A DNA stretch of 64,000 nucleotides from Orbicella franksi. Taxonomy: Eukaryota. The translations under genes were made by a program, and so were the position numbers. The stretch spans positions 43,710,001 to 43,774,000 of the forward strand of contig OZ116698.1 of the NCBI GenBank assembly GCA_964199315.1, written 5' to 3'. Below are positions 37,401-50,770 of the stretch, piece by piece. Below the pieces are notes generated by a model that was given only the letters and a program-made list of their open reading frames with translations, ran no database searches and was not told the DNA's origin. Position 1 is the stretch's first letter, and the number at the start of each line of letters is the position of its first letter.

Positions 37401-39343
37401 TTAAAATATTGCGTTCCAACCACTAACGACGTTTTAGTCATCTCCTGATTTTATCAGGCATTTTAACTCACATCGGCTCACAACTGCGTAAATTTCTTCT
37501 AATTTGAGCATTTGATCAGTTGAGTTAAGAAAAAAACCGTGACTTGTTTCAATCACACTTAGCAAACCATCCTTACAACATTTCGTTTATAATTATATTA
37601 ATGGCGAGATTTTCTATAACAATAACAAAGGGTTGGCCTTTAGCTTTGAGGGCGAGTATTCTTACAATAGGGTCTTTGATAATATTATAAAATCGCAATG
37701 AAAGATTGGGAAATTCACTTAAAACTTAAATTTGCTTAAATGGAGCATTGAAGCAACGAATCGAAAGAGATAGACTTCAGTCACAAGGTGAGGCTTCCAC
37801 GTTGTGTTCGGCGTTTTAAATGGGTTTGTGGTTCAGTGATTGGTTTGCATTTAATTGTAGCTCATTGTATCCAGTTGCATCTCTCCCTCAACAAGCAGGA
37901 AAGATTGTGCTCCAGTATAGTTTCTATACACTAAATACTGAGACATTTCTAAGCCACATACACTTACCTTTTAACCAATATGTATCATTAAGTCGCAACC
38001 ACAAACTCAGAGCTATACATAGCTTTGTAAATGAGACTCAACTGAGGAACCCATCTCAATGCACATGAACTCGTTGTTAGATGGAGCACGAGCAAGCTGC
38101 TTAGGCACGGGCTACTTAGGTACATTTCAAGAGATAATCGAGTCGACGAGAGGTTTGCCAGGACAGAAGCCAAGACCAAAACCGCAATCTTTTATAAAAA
38201 GCATTTTTCTACGAGAGAAAATTGGAGCAATGGCCTTATCAGTTAGAAAGATTAAAAGAAAACGAATTGATGAAGTGGCAAAAATGTCCCACGCAAAGAT
38301 CGAGTGGCTGGCGTCAAAATGGGGCACTAGCTCTGAACTCTGTCAATACAAGAATCTTGCGATGAAAAGGAAACGAGAGGTCGATTGAAATCATATGTGA
38401 AAAAGGCACTGATTAACCAATGTGAATAAGCCATGAAGAAAAGAAGAAAAAATTACCATTATTATATTATTTGCATAAAAGTTGTTGCTTTGTGAAGAAA
38501 CACTGTCACGTGCCCATTTTAAATCTCGTTTTAACCACCCGAAGTCTTGACACAAACGCTCAAAATTGTATAGCTGTGAGAACAGCCGTTCAAGACAGCC
38601 AGATTGTGGTATCTGAAGTAATGAAAGATAAAATAACTTCTTTCATTAGGCAGATGACTTTATGGTAGTTGGATGTTTCTTTAGCTGCAGGAATATGTTT
38701 TGATCCCACGTTTGCTTTCCTTGGTGATAACATATAAATTGCATTCTGTTGTGTATATCAATTAGATGGCAGTTTAGATTTATAAGTAACTTTTTCGAAG
38801 CAGAAGAAGCCATATTTAACTGTTGTGCAATACGTATTGATATCTTACCCGACAGACATGAGAGAGAAGCGTGTTGAAAACTCAAGTTTTTCTGGGAGGA
38901 GTTGTGTATGATAAAATCCATCTGTGCCTTTTAACCCGTGCCTCCGTTCTCCAGGATTGATTGTTAACAAAAATGTGTCAGGGTTTCTGTTGACTAGACA
39001 CTAATTAAATTGTGAATTTTATGATCCTTTTCAATGCTGACTTTTCGCTTAACCTTTTCCACTATTCTTGCTAATTTTAAACCATAGCTCCAGTTGGTCC
39101 CTTGTTGTTTCCGTCTTTTTCTTGTTAGTCTGCTTTGTTCGTGATACTCATCTTTTCAAAGATTATAGCGAATGGGAAAGGATATCTTTCAGACATTATA
39201 ACTCACTGACATTTTATGTTTCACAACAAGTTTCAACGTTCTTGTTTTCTCGGTCACAGATTTCGGACATACCGGACGATAGACACGATGTAAGTAGCTT
39301 ATTCAAGAATTGAACTCCCCCCGGTTGCGTTTACCATTTCTAG

Positions 39344-39940
39344 TTTGGAGCGAGGAAGCATTTCTTCGGTCAGGTTTGAGGATTGCGACAAAGAGACAGA
39401 ACTCAGTAAAGAAAGAGAACCTAACAAAGCGCCGAAGGAACGTAGTAAAGCGCCGAGACAACCCAACAAATCGACAGAACCCAACAAAGCGACAGAACCC
39501 AGTAAAGAAAGAGAACCCAACAAAACGCCGAAGGAACGTAGTAAAGCGCCGAGACCGCCCAACAAATCGACAGAACCCAACAAACGCTGAGAAAACCCAA
39601 CAAAGCGACTGAACTCAGGGTGCGTTCCTTTGGGATGATCTGGATCAGGATCAATGATCCAAGATCATTCGGATCATGGTGCATCAAAGGAACCGATGAA
39701 TCCGTGACCAGAGTGGATTCGGCGGTTCCTTTGATGTACCATGATCCGAGTGATCTTGGATCACTGATCCGGATCCGGATCACCCCAAAGGAACGCACTC
39801 TCATTAAAGAAAGAGAACCCAACAAAGCGGCCAAACCTAGCAAAGCGTTAGAAGTCGGAACAAAGCAACAGAACACAACAAAGGGACAAAATACAACTTC
39901 ACATCGCGGAAAGACAAGTCCCTACAAAACGAGTATGTAG
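39344..39940 (+). pseudogene. Lys/Glu/Pro-rich repeat-coding exon or pseudo-exon with a 1-bp deletion and an in-frame MITE
   Basis: Acceptor ttctag| at 39343. 18/21-bp subunits (EPNKA-type) form a 96-bp higher-order repeat (39399, 39495, 39611). One subunit is 20 bp, shifting the frame by -1; the frame continues to TAG at 39938-39940. Confidence 0.45.
39618..39800. mobile_element. Near-fully palindromic MITE, 183 bp, 3-bp TSD TCA
   Basis: GGGTGCGTTCCTTTGGG...CCCAAAGGAACGCACTC (16/17) with internal arms also inverted. TCA at 39615-39617 and 39801-39803. Confidence 0.88.
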
Positions 39941-42734
39941 ATTCCAACAAAATGACCAAAACCAACGATATACTCGCAAAACTGAAGTGATCTGAACCCA
40001 AGAAGTTACGTTGAACCAGTATTTTTCTATCAGTACAGTGCTAGGTACAGTTAGCATTCTTTTAAATAAAGTAACTGAACCGCTCTCAATCTGGATTTAA
40101 ACAGAGCAGGAGCCGTTGGATAGTGATACAGAAACTAGTCTTTCACCGCTGGTTGAGTATCTTTTAACGGCAAAGAATAGATGAAGCTGTTTTGATCACA
40201 GGATTTGGTAGGGCATTTTGACTTTGTAACATACTACTGAGAAATTAAACAATGGGGAATCTTGAAACAAAAACCTTACTCTAGTCATCTAAAACTCTTT
40301 TTCATTTTTCTGTGTTCTCATTTTTCATTCCACTCTATACAAGTGGCTTAATGACCTTAAAGTCTTCCACTCAATTTCAAGATGGGGTCTTTTCTCCATA
40401 TCAAAGATTAAAATGGATTCACCAAGAACATACTTAGAAAAACGATCTTCAACTTTCACATCCTATTCAATGGCCCAATATTTTCCATTTTCATTTTCAG
40501 CCTGTTTGGCACTGTTATACGTGGTGTTCCCACTACACTTTATCTATAGTAAATACCGTTGTTTTTTGCTATTTTTCATTTCAACTTTTGAAATTGAAAA
40601 CGACATCTGGTACATTGGTTGTAACAGTTTTCAGGGGCACAAACAAATGTCTCCACATCCGTCGATTAATTCATTGTGATTTGCGCTCTTGGGGGTAAAG
40701 TACTCTTGAGAAAAAATCTGGAAATTAAATATTTTACACCGATTTTGAACAGACATCATCGTGTCTCAGATCAAAAGCTGTTTTCATTAAGGATTGAATT
40801 TGCTAGTTCGATCAATGTCAGACCTCGGACCTGGGACCCCAGTGTATGAATTCGTTTGCATTATAATACCTTCCTTCCCATACGCTTCCTTCCTAATTTT
40901 GCTTCATCTGCCGGAGATAATTGCTTATTCATGGATTGTACACCGGTATCTCACCTTGTCGACCTGCTGAGGTATTTCGCGAGTGAATAAAGGGCTTGTC
41001 CCTCGATTATTTTTATCTTAGAGGTTTTATACCGTCGATATCTTCCCAATCTTATAAGAACCTATCCTTTAGTACATTTCACCGCCCCGTGTTAAGGGTC
41101 TATCAAACAATCGCCCCAAAATGCCAGAGATATTTTCAGCTGTTTTCGGTTGGTGGTATTTTCGCTTTCCACACTGGCGTGGTTTACCAGATGAAAATAA
41201 AGTCGGCTACAATTGTTTCTCTTTGTTTCAAAAGGGATCAACAGCAAACAAGATTCGTACAAAGACAATCTACTCATACGGGAGTCTGTATATACCAGTC
41301 AATAAATCAATTATTTCTATTTCTAGAAAGATAACATTTTCATTTTGAAGGGTGTGTAAGTTTATATCAGGAAAGATCATCACTGATCGGTCCGGCGTGC
41401 TTTCTTGTTTTTAAAATATTGACATATTCTTATCAAAACAAGTTGATTGAGAAACACCTTACAACACCCATTTATTGCGTGCGAGCGCATTTGTGTAAGG
41501 TTTTCTTTCAATGCCACCCTGCAATTTTGAGATTTTGAAGAAGAAATGCTTGCTCTCTTAAAACTGAGTAAATGAGTGCAAGGAAATCATTGTTAATGTG
41601 AAACGCTTATAAAACCATTACGGTTCGTCTAAATCCAATAAGATTTTCACGAAACGGAAGTTTGAATTATAAATCTTTTCTTTTGATTAAGAACACTTGA
41701 CAGCGGGTGTTACAGTACAAAACCTTTTATCATGAAATACGTAAATACTATTTCATTCACGTCAATGGAACTATTTTTACCTTATCGGTAGGCCGGAAAA
41801 CAAAGAATAGTTTGTGAAGATTGAGCCGCGCATTTCCTCTTTTAGACTACGTTTACAGCGGGAAGGGTCTAAAATTAGCCACGAAAATTAGGGAGAGGAA
41901 AATTTCTAGAGTTCGAGGGTGCAATTTGTTTACCAAGCTACAAGATTGTTTTAAACAGGAAAGAAATAAACATACGGTAGGCGAAATACGAACTACTCAA
42001 TTCAGCAGAACAATCTTTGGAATAGAGAAGAGACAATGAAAGATTCAAGCACTGAATTTTCTAAGGGTTAGGTTTTGAAAACTGTGATGACAAAATGGCT
42101 AAAAGTTTCAAACTTTCATTTCTCTCAGAATCTGCGTTTCGATCTTCCATGTCCTGGGCATTACCTCGAATTATGAACAAGTGCTTTAGTAACTGAGAAA
42201 ATTTCTTAATTTGTGCGGCATCTTAAGGATTTTAAATCTTAACCACATCAAAACAAATAAAATCAGAATATAGTCCTAATAAAAGAAGTGAAAATAAAGA
42301 TCATCTCCCTGTCCCATTTTTGAGTTTCCTGTCGCGGCGTTTTATCTACGAGATGCCGTTTTCCAGCGCAATTGCACGTGGACATTTATTTACGGAAATC
42401 TTGTTTTTTTTTTCCTGGCATTTACGATACGATAATACACTTAGATTGAAACTGGAAGCTTGGGTAACCAATCGAAATAGTTCAAGTGCCCCGCACCGCC
42501 TGGGATTAACTGGAGTTTATCTTTCTTGCGGCTTTCCAATAATCTTTGGAAACTTCGTTGTCCCGCCTTTGATCATGGCCCTATGTAAACGAGTTGCTTT
42601 GTATAACACCCATCCCCCTCTTCCTGAAGACATCAAATTTCGAACAAAATATACAACATATCTTGTGAAAACCCACAAAAGACAAATAACCTCTTGAATA
42701 AAAACATCTGCGTCAGGGCATTGCCGGTTCCGCA

Positions 42735-42952
42735 TCATTAGGTGACTAGGAGCATTTCTATCCCTTCCTTCTGGATAGAGTGGCAGTCTATCATAGGGTT
42801 ACCTTCCCCGCTCCCCGCATTAAATCTACCGGTATCCATTTAAATACTTGGATCGAGCCGGCGGAGCACTGTGAGAGTAAAGTGTCTTGCCCAAGAACAC
42901 GACACAATGGCCCAAACCTGTAGTCCAACTCAAATGGGCCACCGCGCCACTA
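42735..42952 (-). mobile_element. Degraded copy of the tRNA-derived SINE seen at 59701-59993
   Basis: Shares gcactgtgagagtaaagtgtcttgcccaagaacac.acacaatg, gactaggag.atttcta and ggccaccgcgcc. Confidence 0.75.
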
Positions 42953-43842
42953 AATTCTTAAACATTGTGACCATGGTTACAGTAACTTTCACATCACCCA
43001 CAAGATCGACAGAAAAGGGTTTTCCTCAACAAAGCTAACATTGAAAAATAGACTATCAGTCCAAAAATCAAATCACCACCATGCGCTGAAGAGTGTAAAA
43101 GGCCCTTTTCAGCAAGGACGCTAAAAGTGTGACCGCTATTAATTTATTCACATTCTCGTACTATCCAATCAGAAACCAAGAAAAGCTATCTTCGGCCTCT
43201 GATTGGATAGTCTTAATACATGAAAGAATGTGAATTAATCATGTAAAAAAAACGTTCACACTTCTGGGCTCCTTGCTCTAAAACATTCTCAAGCAATCGT
43301 AGCACCAAAGGGCTTTTAAGTCTCTCATGAGAGTAATAAAGAAAAATATATTTCTCTCGCAAACAGGTGAAGAGCGGAAACAAGGCATTGAAGTAGACAA
43401 AATTTTCACCACGAACAAATGAGAGAAAAGTCGACAATTTCCATGCCAGCAGTTACCTTACATTCCGCAGGTAACAACTTCAATTCAACATATAATTCTC
43501 TTTATAAACTAAATAAATTGTCGCAAGTCGCCTTTGCGAATATTAATTAAAGCAAATTGTTTTGTTTTGTAACAAATTCTCCTAACTGACATTAATAAAG
43601 AAAGTATAACAGTTGGTTAGGAGAATTAACATTTTGAGAAGAATAATCAAGAGTACATTCACCCTGCAGCTGCTTCTAGGGATACAAATATTAAGAAGAA
43701 TTCATTCCGAAACAAATGTCTTGGTAAATTAGCCTTGAAGGCAACAATCCCCACCCTGTCATGTGCGTAAATATTGCCTGTTTTACTTAACTTGATTAGC
43801 TTTCAGCTACAGTGAATAATCATATCTGGCACTAAATAAATT

Positions 43843-44215
43843 AGGCCTGTCCACACTACGCTAGAGGAATTTGAAAACGAAGGTTTAACTCTGAAAACAC
43901 ATCACATGCTTTCCGTCCACACTACGCCGGAGAAATTTAAAAACGCCATAATCACCGGTCATTTTGATTTCTGTTTGAGAAAAACTCGGTCAGGGGAATC
44001 ACATGGTTATCGTGACACCATTATTTTCGAAACTCTGCGTTTTCAAAATGTTTTCCATCCACACGAAAACGAAACGCCGACGTTGAATAATTCCGTCAGT
44101 TTGAAGAGCGTTTTTGAAAAGCTCCGTTTTCGTGACGGATTGGTATTGACGACACGCCTAATCGTAGAAATAAAGCTACGTCTTCAAATTTCTCCGCCGT
44201 AGTGTGGACTGTGCT
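43843..44215. mobile_element. MITE with GTCCACACTACG-type TIR
   Basis: AGGCCTGTCCACACTACG ... CGTAGTGTGGACTGTGCT. A second partial family member lies at ~44578-45065. Confidence 0.75.
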
Positions 44216-44801
44216 AGCTCATTCATTAGTTCGTTCGTTCATCCATTTATTCATTGTGGTAAAGTTTCCCTTATTAAACAGATTAAGTTATGCGAAGCAT
44301 GCAACGCACCTCTTTTAATAGGATCTTTTCACATGACATCCATGCTCCTGGTCAAAGGGTCTGGATTAAAATACCCAATTAAACATGCTTTGCCTGATAA
44401 TTGTTTCTGGAAACATTGGTGCTTTAGCGTCTCCGTTTTCCTATAATATCGATGTTTGAGGCTCAGCTAAATTATCGGTAATGAGAACTTTGGGTAAGGT
44501 TTAGGTCCGCATTTTTTTTTGACAGGGATGTTGTTAGGTTTTCTGCTTTCCTTCCCCCCTCACCCCGCATCACGTTTTTTGTCCACACTACACCGGACAC
44601 CAGCAATTATCGGTCATTTTGGATTTGTGTTTGAGGAAAACTTAGACAGGGAAATCACATGATTATCGTCACACTATCGTTTTCGAAAAGCTCCGTTTTC
44701 AAAATGTTTTCCGTCTACACGAATACGAAAAGCTGGCGGTTTCAAATTTCTCTCGTTTGAAGAGCGTTTTCAAAAAGCTCCGTTTTCGTGACGTATTAGT
44801 G

Positions 44802-45003
44802 TAGAATACGAGTAGTCCCTCTTTCACTTAGTTCGTCGTGCGTGACGTGAAAGGAAATCGTGAGAAAAAAATGGCCGCGCGAACTCCCTGCGAACTCCTT
44901 TCGCGCGCGTCCCGCCCCCAGGATTTCACGCGGCCACTTTTTTTCGCGGTTTATTTACGTCTTGCTCGACGGACTAAGCGAAAGAGGGACTACTCGTAGT
45001 CTA
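44802..45003. mobile_element. MITE with ~37-bp TIR nested in the second GTCCACACTAC-family element
   Basis: TAGAATACGAGTAGTCCCTCTTTC.CTTAGT.CGTCG ... CGACG.ACTAAG.GAAAGAGGGACTACTCGTAGTCTA. Host sequence resumes on both sides. Confidence 0.8.
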
Positions 45004-46114
45004 GATTAGGGTGGACGGTAGAACTAACCGCATAAATAAAGCTGCGATTTAAAATAATTCCGGAGTGTGCCTCATACAGTAAATGTCAAATATAATGTAA
45101 ATGAAGTGTATGTTGCTTGCCACAATTTATACAATCTATGTCAGTTAATTGACTCTCAGGAATTAAAGACACATAATCCAGCAAGTCATCTTTGGTCCCA
45201 TTCTTTTGTACTCTTTCTACAAAATTAAGTGACCTATTTTCAGCACAACTGACAAAGTGACATGGCGCTGAAAACGTTTACCCTATCTACAGCTATCACA
45301 CATCAAGAAATAACTCTTATAATTGCTGTTAGCGCGAAGGACGAATGACGCTTGGTAATTTTTTTTAACATCCTGGGCTGCCACGCCTAGCTGGAAGCCT
45401 TGTATTGGTATCAGTCCTTGTTGCTGGCAACCTCTTCTTGGTACCAGTCCTACACTGTTATAAACAGTTCTCAATAAATCCCCGTATCTCATCAATAATT
45501 ACAGTTCTCTGAGAGGGTTTTTCAATTCCACACTAAAAGTTCTCTATCGGCTCGTGCTCAGTACTGTCGATTGAGAGATATTCTATAGACTATGAATCAT
45601 TAGAGCAGTTTTCAAATGATGTTTTAGAGACGAGAAAGAAAGAAAAATCAGTGCTTGCAGTATGTTATATACCCGCTTAAAACAAAGATTCCTCTTCAGC
45701 CAACCATAATCAATCGTTACTTTGTAAACGCGTTTTTCCCGCGCTTAACACGGATTCCATATTTCCAGCGTACGCCACCAGTTTGCGAGTCTTCCCGCCA
45801 TTACGTGCCACCACTTCTTCGTTTGCCTACGCTTGTTCCTGGCCCATACTTCCCACTTTTGCACCAGTTAGACGTCTTCCTGTGCTTGCCATTGGTTACA
45901 AGTTGTGATCAGTTTATCTCCTTACTTGTGGCTGCAGGTATTGATCAGTTTGCGACAGTTGATACAGAATTAAACTGCTATAAACGAGCGAAATAGAGGC
46001 ATACCTGTCGAAGTTAATCACCTTTTTCGTAAGGAAAAAAACTACAGCCTAACTAATCAGTTATAAGACAATTCTCGTAAGAACAATTGAATTGCCCTTT
46101 TCAAACCTGAATTT

Positions 46115-49113
46115 TCAGTACAGATCTTTGTGCAGTTTGTGCCATTTTTCAATGTGTCTGCTCGGTGATTCAATCATTGACTTCCACTGCTCCTGCCCAG
46201 AATCAAACGAATCAAATCCAAGAATAACCGTTCCCAATCCCCCACCGCCAACGTTGATCTCGGAATGATTGACAATCTTGAGCACTACGGTAGTAAGAGA
46301 TATCTGGTCAGCGGACACATTGAAGTTGAACTTTTCATTGAACACCGGATTGAGGCTGCGTCTTTTGACACGTGTGTTGGCTTTGGATAAGCGGACGCCA
46401 TCACAGTACAGGGCGAGCTTAACGTAAGGGTCTGCAGAAGGAAAAGCATTCAAAGTTAAGTTGGCTCTCACTTATTGCACAACCATACCAACTTTTCCTA
46501 TGAACATTGGCACTGGATTGTAAAATGGAGAAAGTCTGCAATTCGTTATCGATCGTTATGTGACTTGTATTTTTCACCATTTATTGATTGGGGAGTTATA
46601 AGTTATCTTATTCTACATGTAGTTTTACTTTTATTTTTATTCTGTTTTTGCTTTTTGAAATCAATGCCTTCGTAGGTGCCCGCAGTAACTTACCTGTGCG
46701 GTCAGCCGTTGCCTTTGGTAAGCCGCGAATCTTCGTGACTGTTACAATGAGTCGGCCGCTGATTGGTCGAAAGCATAAAGAAACACAAAGCTCTCCAAGG
46801 TCGTCTGCCTCCATCTTGAAATTTAAGAGAATAAAGATGTGGGTTTGTGAGATTAATATCAAATCTAAGAAATGATTTCCGACGAAAAATTTTGAGAAAA
46901 AAAAAAAAAAAAAAAAACACGTAAAGAATCTGAAGGACAATTTACCGGGTTTGTCAAAGGTCGCAGGCGCGAAATTCAATAATTTTCGTATTTTACAAAG
47001 TGGTTTTAACTTACTTTAAGCGCAATCTCTGTTTTTCTGTAAAGATCTACGAACGAGAGGCAACAGGCAATTAACAGAAAAAGCTGACTACGGTAAAACA
47101 AGACGGAACACAAGGAAACCGACTCGTCCCCAGTTTTTGCACGGCCGAATTTCTTCGGCTGGCAGTCTTAGTGTGAATGTCACCGATAAATCATCCCCTT
47201 ATTGAACAAAACTTAAATTGAAACGGACGAAGATAAGTTTTGACAATAATTTGATAAACAAAGCGTAACTGAAATGGCCACAAGACAGTTTCTTCCTAAT
47301 AGTTCGCATACCCAAAAGGATAGAGAAGCATTGAGAGGTAAGCCTCTGCCCTTCCCTCGACCGTCCTTTCTCAACATTTTGAGCCTTGCATTCTCAGACC
47401 CTTGCTGCAGTGTGATCTAGTCAACTTACCCCGTAGGGATGCGGAGGTGCAAGATACAGCCATTTGGTGATTGAGAACGAGGCTCTGTTTTCCATCAACT
47501 TCAACTCTGACAAGGGGAAAAGGATCTCTCCTATGACGTCATCACCATAACGGTCTTTCAATTTGTCGTGAAAATTCACCACCCTGAACTTAAGCTCGTA
47601 TTCTTTGATTCTGTCTTTTGAGAAACCTGAGATGACAAATGTCTCGTTAAAAATAGGGTCTGGTGTTCCTTCGATGATCTTGGTGCGTTGCCAACAGTAT
47701 TGCTGCGGGAGCAGGGATATCTTCACCAAAGGGTTGATACCTTCCTTATTGTCAGCTATGGGAAGATCGACCGCTTTTATGATGTTCACTTGCAGTTCTG
47801 TCTTAGCGACATTGTAGTGAAGCGCGAAACGAATCTTTCCAAGTTTACCATCTGTATTGTCAGGCGAAGGTGTTCTGTCTTCACCTATGAAGCCAACTTC
47901 ATTTAAGTTTATCTCCCTTGAATTGCTTTCTGGTAAATCTAATCTCTTCTTTTCAGGCGTCGCTGGAATATTAGCGCCAGAATTTGCTTTCTTTCTTTTC
48001 GCAGGGCTGTTTTCATCCCCAGAAACGCCAGAATCCTTGTCTTGTGTAAAACTTTTCTCTTCTCTGTCGACCTCCTCTTCAGTCTTATCCAAATTATCCT
48101 CAAGTGACGCATGCGTACTAGAGTTAGAGTCTTCAACATCCGGGGCACTCACTGGAGATTTCTCACGTGACCTGCTATCTGTCTCTTCCCCGGATAGGGA
48201 GCTTTCGTCAATGTAGGTTTTTGCATTACCATTCACAACATCGTTAGAATAGCTACATAAACGATGATAGTAGTATTTTGTCGGAGGAGGACAACCATAA
48301 CTACGATTCTTCGTCTCTTGAACGTTCAAAGAAACGGTTTTAGGGAAGGACGAATCCACGACTTTGTCTCCCATAACAACTTGAATCTTTTCCGATGCTT
48401 CCTTCACCGCCTTTTCTCGTGAACGTTTACCCGTTAAATTCTTGTACGCGCTGACTCCCAGAATTATAAACAGGTAGCCGAGAGCGAGGCCAATGAGAAT
48501 TGGCAAAACCAGGATGCCAAAGAGACATAACAAACCCGTGTTGTTAGAGGCAAAACGCGTCATAAAATTACCTGATTGTGGCTTACTGCGAGGATCAAAA
48601 TCTAAAAAAAAAAAGAGAGAGCAGAAAAGTTTGTGCGTTAAATATACAATAAATATTGGGATTCCCTCAACAATATTTAAATGTCGGTAACCTATATTAT
48701 ATTTCATATTTACAAAGTGTAAAGAGGTTTTTGAAGTTTTTACAGTTTTTGCAAGCTGCTATATATATCGTGATCGGTCAGTTCAACACGAAAATAAGCG
48801 ATATAATCGCACAATAAAATGGCTATTTTATTCCTACTGAGATTATAAATCAAAATATAGTTTATACCCACATTTACCAACCGACGCAACCGAATTTGCA
48901 ATTCCCGGACCAATTATTTGAAGAGGGCTCGTAAAAAAAAAATCAAAGCGACTGCGAGAAAATTCAAAGGACCTAAAATGACGGATGAAAAGATGACATT
49001 GAAACGGTTAACTTAATTCAGTAATGAAATATCTTACCGCGTGTTTTTCTGTTATTGTTTTCTGCTCTGGCCGATTTATAATATCGCTGTGAGCTCGACA
49101 GAAGAGGTGCCAT
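46115..49113 (-). CDS. Synaptotagmin-like protein A (TM + C2A + C2B), ~561 aa; exons 49113-49038, 48601-47430, 46814-46694, 46431-46115
   Basis: All introns are GT-AG and the phases join (1,0,1; 1686 nt total). TM LLCLFGILVLPILIGLALGYLFIILGV. C2A LGKIRFALHY...DPIFNETF. C2B LGELCVSLCFRPISGRL...DPYVK...LNPVFNEKF...KWHKL. Confidence 0.88.
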
Positions 49114-50699
49114 GATATTTTCTGGAGTACACACAAGACCAGTCGAGATCAACACGCAGTTTAGCCTCGCACATTGCCACTATATCGCATATAATTTTAG
49201 CCTTTGCGTATAAATTCACTTCTCTCTTATCAATTCATGATCGAATCTCACTCGCATTTTCATAAGACCAATTTTCAGCGGGATGCTTCACAATTTTACA
49301 CAATTTACGTTGTCGCATTGTGAATAATCATTTACATTTGCATATGAAAAGATCAACGTGTCTATTTTTGTTAGTTTTTTCGGCCGAGGCAATTGTTTTA
49401 CAGTTTGCACAGGTGGAATGCGGTCACTCATTGCTACAATAACACGATAGCCAATACAAACACTTGTGAAACTGTATAAGTATGTTCACATCAGACCAGG
49501 AGATACATGTCAAATGAAATTTTCTACCCTTTTCATTGGAAAATATATTCGAAAGTAAATTGTTAAAATTAATGCTCTGAGCATGCATGCAGGAGAGTTC
49601 AATTGCTGTTGCCAAGTTAACAACATACATTAGCTTCGGAAGCTGTCAGATATAAAGGAAAAAAAACAGCCCGAACTAACACAAATTTCTGTCTCAACTT
49701 TTAATTTCACCTTCTGGGAAGACCTTTAAAAACACTCTCCTCCCATGTCCTCCGACTAGTATTGGAAAGAATGATAGAAATTAAGTGTGTGCCAGGATGG
49801 CTTCGTAAGTCATATTTCCTCAACGTGTATTTTTAACCGTTCTTTCGATAACAAAATATTATTCTTAACTCTTTCCGCCACTAAAGCGTTATTTCTATTA
49901 GCGCCATCTACCATTCGCTAACTTCATAAAATCCACTTTGGCGCCAAAATCGAGTAACTCACTATGATTGGTCAGTATGTAGTGAAATGTTTTGGCAGTG
50001 GCAGACAGACTTGCTACACTGCTTCAAATCGAGACTGCTACAGCTGATTTCGAGAGCTCAGTCAGACAAAATTATTTTCTCCGCTTAATATTTCATCTTT
50101 GAACTATGCCGCATTTGGGCTCAAATTCATTTGGAAAGCATTCATTCCGTACTTCAACCATCAAAACTATGACAACGCTTGTATGAAAAAAAGGTCTTAG
50201 AGTATTTTCAATAACTGTTTGTTGAGAGTCAAAGATTGGCGTCGGCTTCATAAATTAAGGAAACTTTCCTCTATAAACTTAACTGCAGCACTTCATATAG
50301 TATAATTAATAATTCCCGCACAAAACGAACAAAGGCCAAGCAACAAAACGATTAGAGATCAGTAATACATTACTTTAGTGTCTATTTGAATTGTTACTCA
50401 AAGTCTCAAGTAAATATCTGTTTATGACTTCAGAACTATCACAAACCATCTCCTGAAAGCTGGTTTTCAGCGTATCAAGAGAGGAAAGTAAAGAATTAAA
50501 ATTATAATTCATTGCTGGTTTAACGCCATATTTCTTTGTTTAGAACTAAATTAGTCGCCGCTGCAATGGTTCTGCAAAACTCTCTGCAAAACAATTATCG
50601 CTAACTAAATCAAGCGTTCTAGAATTAGCTTTAGCTTGCTAAATCAAGCGTTTCTTACCCTTAAAAGTAGGTAGCGTCATGCTTGGGGAATCTAGAGAT

Positions 50700-50770
50700 T
50701 GCCGCCATTTCATCATGGCGTCCAAACAAAGGAATCGATCCTCTTCCACAAGAAGTGACGTCATCATGGC
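50700..50770. promoter_or_regulatory. CRE and YY1-like motifs in the divergent intergenic region; second CRE at 51399-51406
   Basis: GCCGCCATTT 50701-50710, TGACGTCA 50756-50763 and 51399-51406, CACGTG ~51455. Confidence 0.35.

Noticed and set aside
39399-39620. Repeat-spacer-like pattern as a CRISPR array
   Set aside because: The units are contiguous codon-length repeats without unique spacers; eukaryotic context and no cas genes.
39299-39876. Minus-strand ORFs 39299-39583 and 39421-39876
   Set aside because: Antisense shadows of the repeat and of the palindromic MITE.
40900-41330. YHQPKT-like peptide suggesting a Gypsy integrase relic
   Set aside because: Too little similarity and no DDE context or LTRs visible.
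45283-45520. VIIDEI Walker-B-like peptide suggesting a Helitron/PIF1 relic
   Set aside because: A single short motif with stops nearby and no other helicase motifs.
48602-48707. ORF-track N-termini at 48707, 52798, 57460, 61134 and 28502
   Set aside because: These are intronic or non-ATG read-through; splice acceptors or a downstream ATG define the real starts.
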